NCBI GenBank assembly: GCA_964016885.1
Contig: OZ024757.1
Location: forward strand, 42,470,001 to 42,534,000
Source of the DNA: Eledone cirrhosa
Lineage: Eukaryota
DNA length: 64,000 nt
Direction of reading: 5' to 3'
A model generated the notes under the pieces. The model did not search any database, was not told the origin of the DNA, and saw only the letters and a list, made by a program, of their open reading frames with translations. How positions within the stretch are numbered: the stretch's first letter is position 1; each line of letters begins with the position of its first letter. Both the position numbers and the translations under genes were made by a program. Positions 59,718-64,000 of the stretch are shown here, piece after piece.

Positions 59718-59861
59718 GTCATGGTGACAGCAACAGTAAGAACGTGCCGACATGTATCAAGGATGTTTCTGGTGTAGGCCAAGTGGCCTGTGGCAGTTCA
59801 CACACCATTGCTGTGTCACTGGATGGTAAAACAGTTTGGTCGTTTGGTGGTGGAGACAATG
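59718..59861 (+). CDS. HERC1: HERC1 coding exon 7
   Basis: (G)HGDSNSKNVPT...ACGSSHTIAVSLDGKTVWSFGGGDN. Confidence 0.93.
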
Positions 59862-60020
59862 GTAAGTTGATGTTGATGAGGGGAGATAGACAGATTGAGT
59901 GAGGGGGAATTAGCTCCCAACACTATGTTTCACTATCACATACACTACAGTCCACTACAACACACACACTACACAGTCCACTACCACCCCACACTCACCT
60001 CTCTGTTATTCTGTTTGTAG

Positions 60021-60148
60021 GAAAGCTAGGACATGGAGACACCAATCGTCTCTATAAACCAAAAATCATTGAAACTTTCACTGAGTTTTACATCCGGAAA
60101 GTTGTTTGTGGGACGCAGTCTTCATTGGCCTTGACGTCATCTGGACAG
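60021..60148 (+). CDS. HERC1: HERC1 coding exon 8
   Basis: (G)KLGHGDTNRLYKPKIIE...GTQSSLALTSSGQ. Confidence 0.93.
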
Positions 60149-60334
60149 GTGAGGGTGTCTTTTAATTATTATTACCTCTAATTACACGATGATAATGTAT
60201 CTAGGATGTGATATTGAGGTTTGGTTGCTATTTCTTGCCTGTAGTGTGGCTCAGTCATCACTATTATAATTATAAAACACTCCACTTCAGCATTCTCTTT
60301 AATTGTGAACAATATTTGTTATTTCCTCCAACAG

Positions 60335-60479
60335 GTGTACGCGTGGGGATGTGGTTCGTGTTTAGGGTGTGGATCACCAGAATACACAGCGCTGCGACCC
60401 CGACAGATTGAGGAGTTCCAGAGTACCTGTATTGCTGACATAGCCTGTGGTGATACTCATTGTTTGGCTCTTACACATG
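60335..60479 (+). CDS. HERC1: HERC1 coding exon 9
   Basis: VYAWGCGSCLGCGSPEYTALRP...CGDTHCLALTH. Confidence 0.93.
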
Positions 60480-60517
60480 GTTAGTTTGGACTGGAGACAG
60501 CTCCACTAATATTTTTA

Positions 60518-60871
60518 TTAACTCTTAACATCCTGTTCCACATGAAACCACATATGCAAGATATTCTTGAAAAGTACAAAACAACACTATGACAGCCTCA
60601 CGTTAAAATTTAAGGTCTTTACTTCAATACGGCAACTTTTCACAGCAATCTGTCCACTAATAAAGATACTATAAACATTTAAATTAACAAACCAAACATT
60701 TAGTATAAAACATTACTATGACTACATCACATTAAATATTCAAGTCTTTTCTGTAATACTGAAAATTTTTTCAACAATCTGTCTACCAGGAAAGATACTA
60801 TAAACATTTAAATTAACAAACTCATTTCTAGATATTTTCTTCTAAGTCATTCACAGAATGTTAAGAGTTAA
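60518..60871. mobile_element. piggyBac-like MITE in HERC1 intron 9
   Basis: TTAA|ctcttaacatcctgt ... acagaatgttaagag|TTAA terminal inverted repeats, with an internal direct repeat. Confidence 0.65.
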
Positions 60872-60975
60872 ACCTTTATTGATTCAAACTTATCCTTGTT
60901 CTAGAAATCACTGTTTTTAGCTGTAGTTTATTTATACGAGATGTTATTATTGTTTTCTATTTTGTTTCTGTTCAG

Positions 60976-61147
60976 AAAACGAGGTGTATGCCTGGGGTAA
61001 CAACACGATGGGTCAGTGTGGCCAAGGACACGCTCACAGCCCAATATCTAAACCAAAGAAGGTTATTGGTTTGGACGGAGTTAGTATTCACCAAATATCA
61101 GCAGGAACGTCACACAGTATAGCGTGGACTGCTCTACCCACCGATAG
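60976..61147 (+). CDS. HERC1: HERC1 coding exon 10
   Basis: (E)NEVYAWGNNTMGQCGQG...ISAGTSHSIAWTALPTD(R). Confidence 0.93.
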
Positions 61148-61411
61148 GTACGATCTCTCTCTGTCTCAGATAATATTCTATTTTACACAAATAAACCCCA
61201 CACTGTATAATCCTGTACCATCTTTAATGTCTCCTTAATGTAAGTCCTGTGTGGCTAATAAAGTATTAGTATTATTTCATCCTTACGGGGTCGATAATAT
61301 AAAGCACCAGTAATGCACTGGGATCGATTTAATCGACTTTCCCTTCCTCCCAAAATTACTGGCCTTGTGCCTAAAGTAGAAACAATTATTATTATTTTTA
61401 TTATTTTCCAG

Positions 61412-61546
61412 GAATGTAATAGCCTGGAATCGCCCTTTCTGTGTCGACCTACAAGAATCCACATTTCTCCTGCTCCACACATTCCTTGAGCACTACTGTG
61501 ATGATGTAAACGGCTCAGCACCACCACTGCCTTTTAAGACCAAACA
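61412..61546 (+). CDS. HERC1: HERC1 coding exon 11
   Basis: NVIAWNRPFCVDLQESTF...PPLPFKTK (human VVAWHRPYCVDLEESTF). Confidence 0.92.
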
Positions 61547-62016
61547 GTAAGTACTCCTTTATCTCTTTTTCTTTTAAACCTAATATAGTTCTTGCTATTA
61601 GCCATAAGGGTGTATATTATAAGGATGTATAGTGTGTGATTGTCAGGGTGTATATTGTAAGACTAATTGTGTGATTGTCAGGGTGTATATTGTAAGACCT
61701 TCAACACCCGTTGACTCCAGGATGTGTCTAATTGTTTGCGTCAATAAATATATGATTACACACACTGTGTGTGTATTCATATATATATGTGTGTGTGTTG
61801 ACTCCAGGATGTGTCTAATTGTTTGCGTCAATAAATATATGAATACACACACTGTGTGTATTCATATATATATGTGTGTGTGTGTATTCATATATATATG
61901 TGTGTGTGTTAAGTATTTCCGCAGAAAAGGTAAAGGAAAGAAGAGTGCTCTATGTACTGTACAGACCTATATATATCCAACCCGCCCGTCCCCTCAATCT
62001 ACCTTATTTCTCATTC

Positions 62017-62054
62017 TTTTTTCTGATGAAGGACTAGCGTCCGAAACGTTAAGA
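62017..62054 (+). ncRNA. Minimal type I hammerhead ribozyme motif (Penelope-like)
   Basis: CTGATGA-A-GGAC-tagc-GTCC-GAAACGTT, with short stem I (tttt/aaga) and palindromic AACGTT stem III. Confidence 0.65.
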
Positions 62055-62139
62055 CCCTCTTCCTGCTATATCAAACGTTAACCTAATATATCCCTTCCAT
62101 ATACTGTACCGATTGTGTTGTTATTTCTGTTTACCTTCA

Positions 62140-63085
62140 GCCACAGGAAACAAGTACCACCAATCTCTGGGAGGGCCCTGTAGAAACAGTAGATAGCTTC
62201 TGCTACCTAGGTGACCGAATTAGCAGCGGAGGTGGGTGTTCAGAAAGTACAATAACTAGGGTAAGAACGGGATGGAAGAAGTTTAAGGAACTACTACCAC
62301 TGCTAGCTGCAAAAGGCTTCTCCCTCAGAATGAAAGGCAGACTGTATTATGCGTGTATCCGAACAGCGATGTTGCATGGTAGTGAGACCTGGACGCTGAA
62401 GGTGGAAGACTTACGTAGATTAGAGAGAAACGAAGCCTGCATGCTCCGATGGATGTGTAACAGTAATATACGTGAACGACAAAGCATAAATGAATTGAGA
62501 GAGAGACTGAGCATAAGAGGAATCAAATGCTGTGTGCAGGAGAGGCGGCTGCGCTGGTATGGACATGTGATGCGTATGAAGGATGACAGCTGCATAAAAA
62601 GGTGCAGAGCACTAGAAGTTGATGGAAACCGCGGAGTGGGGAGACTCAAGATGACCTGGGATGAGGTGATAAAAGCCGACCTTACCCAATTACACCTCTC
62701 AAAGACAATGACACACGACCGTGACTTCTGGCGTCACGCAGTAATACAGAGTACCCGACATCCCATGGGTACAAGCTGAAGCATATAGACAATATGCCCC
62801 CACACCCTCCCACCGCAAGGTGGTCGTGGAGGTGCCACGGCAAAAAAGCACCCAGCCCACACTGTAAAGTGGACGTGTAGGCGCCACGAAAAAGCACCCA
62901 GCACTCACTGTAAATGAGGTTGGTGTTAGGAAGGGCATCCAGCTGTAGAAATCAAGCCAAATCAGTTCCTGTATGAGCAAGGCATGGTCAGCCGACCAGA
63001 CACTGCCCACAACAGGACAACCCGTCTCACCCATGCTAGCGTGGAAGAACGGACGTAAAACGGTGATGATGATGATGATGATGAT
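62140..63085 (+). mobile_element. 5'-truncated RTE LINE in HERC1 intron 11
   Basis: Highly similar to 36530-37490 (RTGWKKF...MLHGSETW...[12 protein letters not shown]), with (GAT)n tail. Confidence 0.92.
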
Positions 63086-63187
63086 TAGATAACTTAATCA
63101 ATGAAACAATTAATACTGTAAATAAAACCCTTTTTGTGCTGTTGACCATGTTATTCTTCACTCTTTCACTATATATATATATATATA

Positions 63188-63232
<45 letters not shown>

Positions 63233-63241
63233 ATATATATA

Positions 63242-63750
63242 TGTGATGCGTATGAAGGATGACAGCTGCATAAAAAGGTGCAGAGCACTAGAAGTTGATG
63301 GAAACCGCGGAGTGGGGAGACCCAAGATGACCTGGGATGAGGTGATAAAAGCCGACCTTACCCAATTACACCTCTCAAAGGCAATTACACACGACCGTGA
63401 CTTCTGGCGTCACGCAGTAATACAGAGTACCCGACCTCCCATGGGTACAAGCTGAAGCATATAGACAATATGCCCCCCACACCCTCCCACCGCAAGGTGG
63501 TCGTGGAGGTGCCACGGCAAAAAAGCACCCAGCCCACACTGTAAAGTGGACGTGTAGGCAAAAAAGCACCCAGCACTCACTGTAAATGAGGTTGGTGTTA
63601 GGAAGGGCATCCAGCTGTAGAAATCAAGCCAAATGAGTTCCTGTATGAGCAAGGCATGGTCAGCCGACCAGACACTGCCCACAACAGGACAACCCGTCTA
63701 ACCCATGCTAGCGTGGAAGAACGGACGTAAAACGGTGATGATTATGATGA
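63242..63750 (+). mobile_element. Second, shorter copy of the same RTE 3' end
   Basis: Near-identical to 62565-63070. Starts directly after a TA tract. Confidence 0.92.
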
Positions 63751-63828
63751 TATATATAGAGAGAGAAAGATGGATTTATGAAGAGAAATTAAATGATTTT
63801 TTTTGTTTTGCTTTATTTATCTTTTCAG

Positions 63829-63994
63829 AGATCATTGCCATTTCATTCAGTTGTGTCTAAACATTCTGGGTACTCACCTCTCTCTTGCTCAAGCCAGTGG
63901 TGTTTCCAAGGGAATCCTCGGAGATCATTCTCGACCATTCCGGAACTTACTCTTTCGTCTACTCGATATCGATACACCTCCATCGGTGCAACAG
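63829..63994 (+). CDS. HERC1: HERC1 coding exon 12 (gene continues beyond window)
   Basis: DHCHFIQLCLNILGTHLSLA...ILGDHSRPFRNLLFRLLD. The 3' border is tentative at the window edge. Confidence 0.88.
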
Positions 63995-64000
63995 GTGACC

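Overview
Eukaryotic, AT-rich, microsatellite-laden window, most likely from an octopus or another coleoid cephalopod. This is inferred from the KRAB-less single-coding-exon 'MEKDLCE' C2H2 genes and the SINE/RTE families. Host genes: (1) the first coding exon of SCAI (- strand, 22518-22615), with no further SCAI exon found to its left; (2) three paralogous tandem-C2H2 zinc-finger genes with 14, 8+3 degenerate and 7 fingers, two of them head-to-head with homologous inverted non-coding first exons; (3) the first 12 coding exons of HERC1 (+ strand, 56011-63994, N-terminus plus first RCC1-like domain), which runs off the right end. A 12-kb nest of LINEs sits inside (TA)n/(TATG)n tracts: an RTE with three C-terminal C2H2 fingers, a near-complete RTE with a PHD-like finger, and CR1 pieces. 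The window also has a CRE-like fragment, a DD37D maT transposase remnant, MITEs, many SINEs, a minimal hammerhead-ribozyme motif, large minisatellites and a 200-nt assembly gap. Most ORFs in the supplied track are microsatellite artefacts. Homology calls are from recalled sequences, not database searches, and repeat boundaries are approximate.
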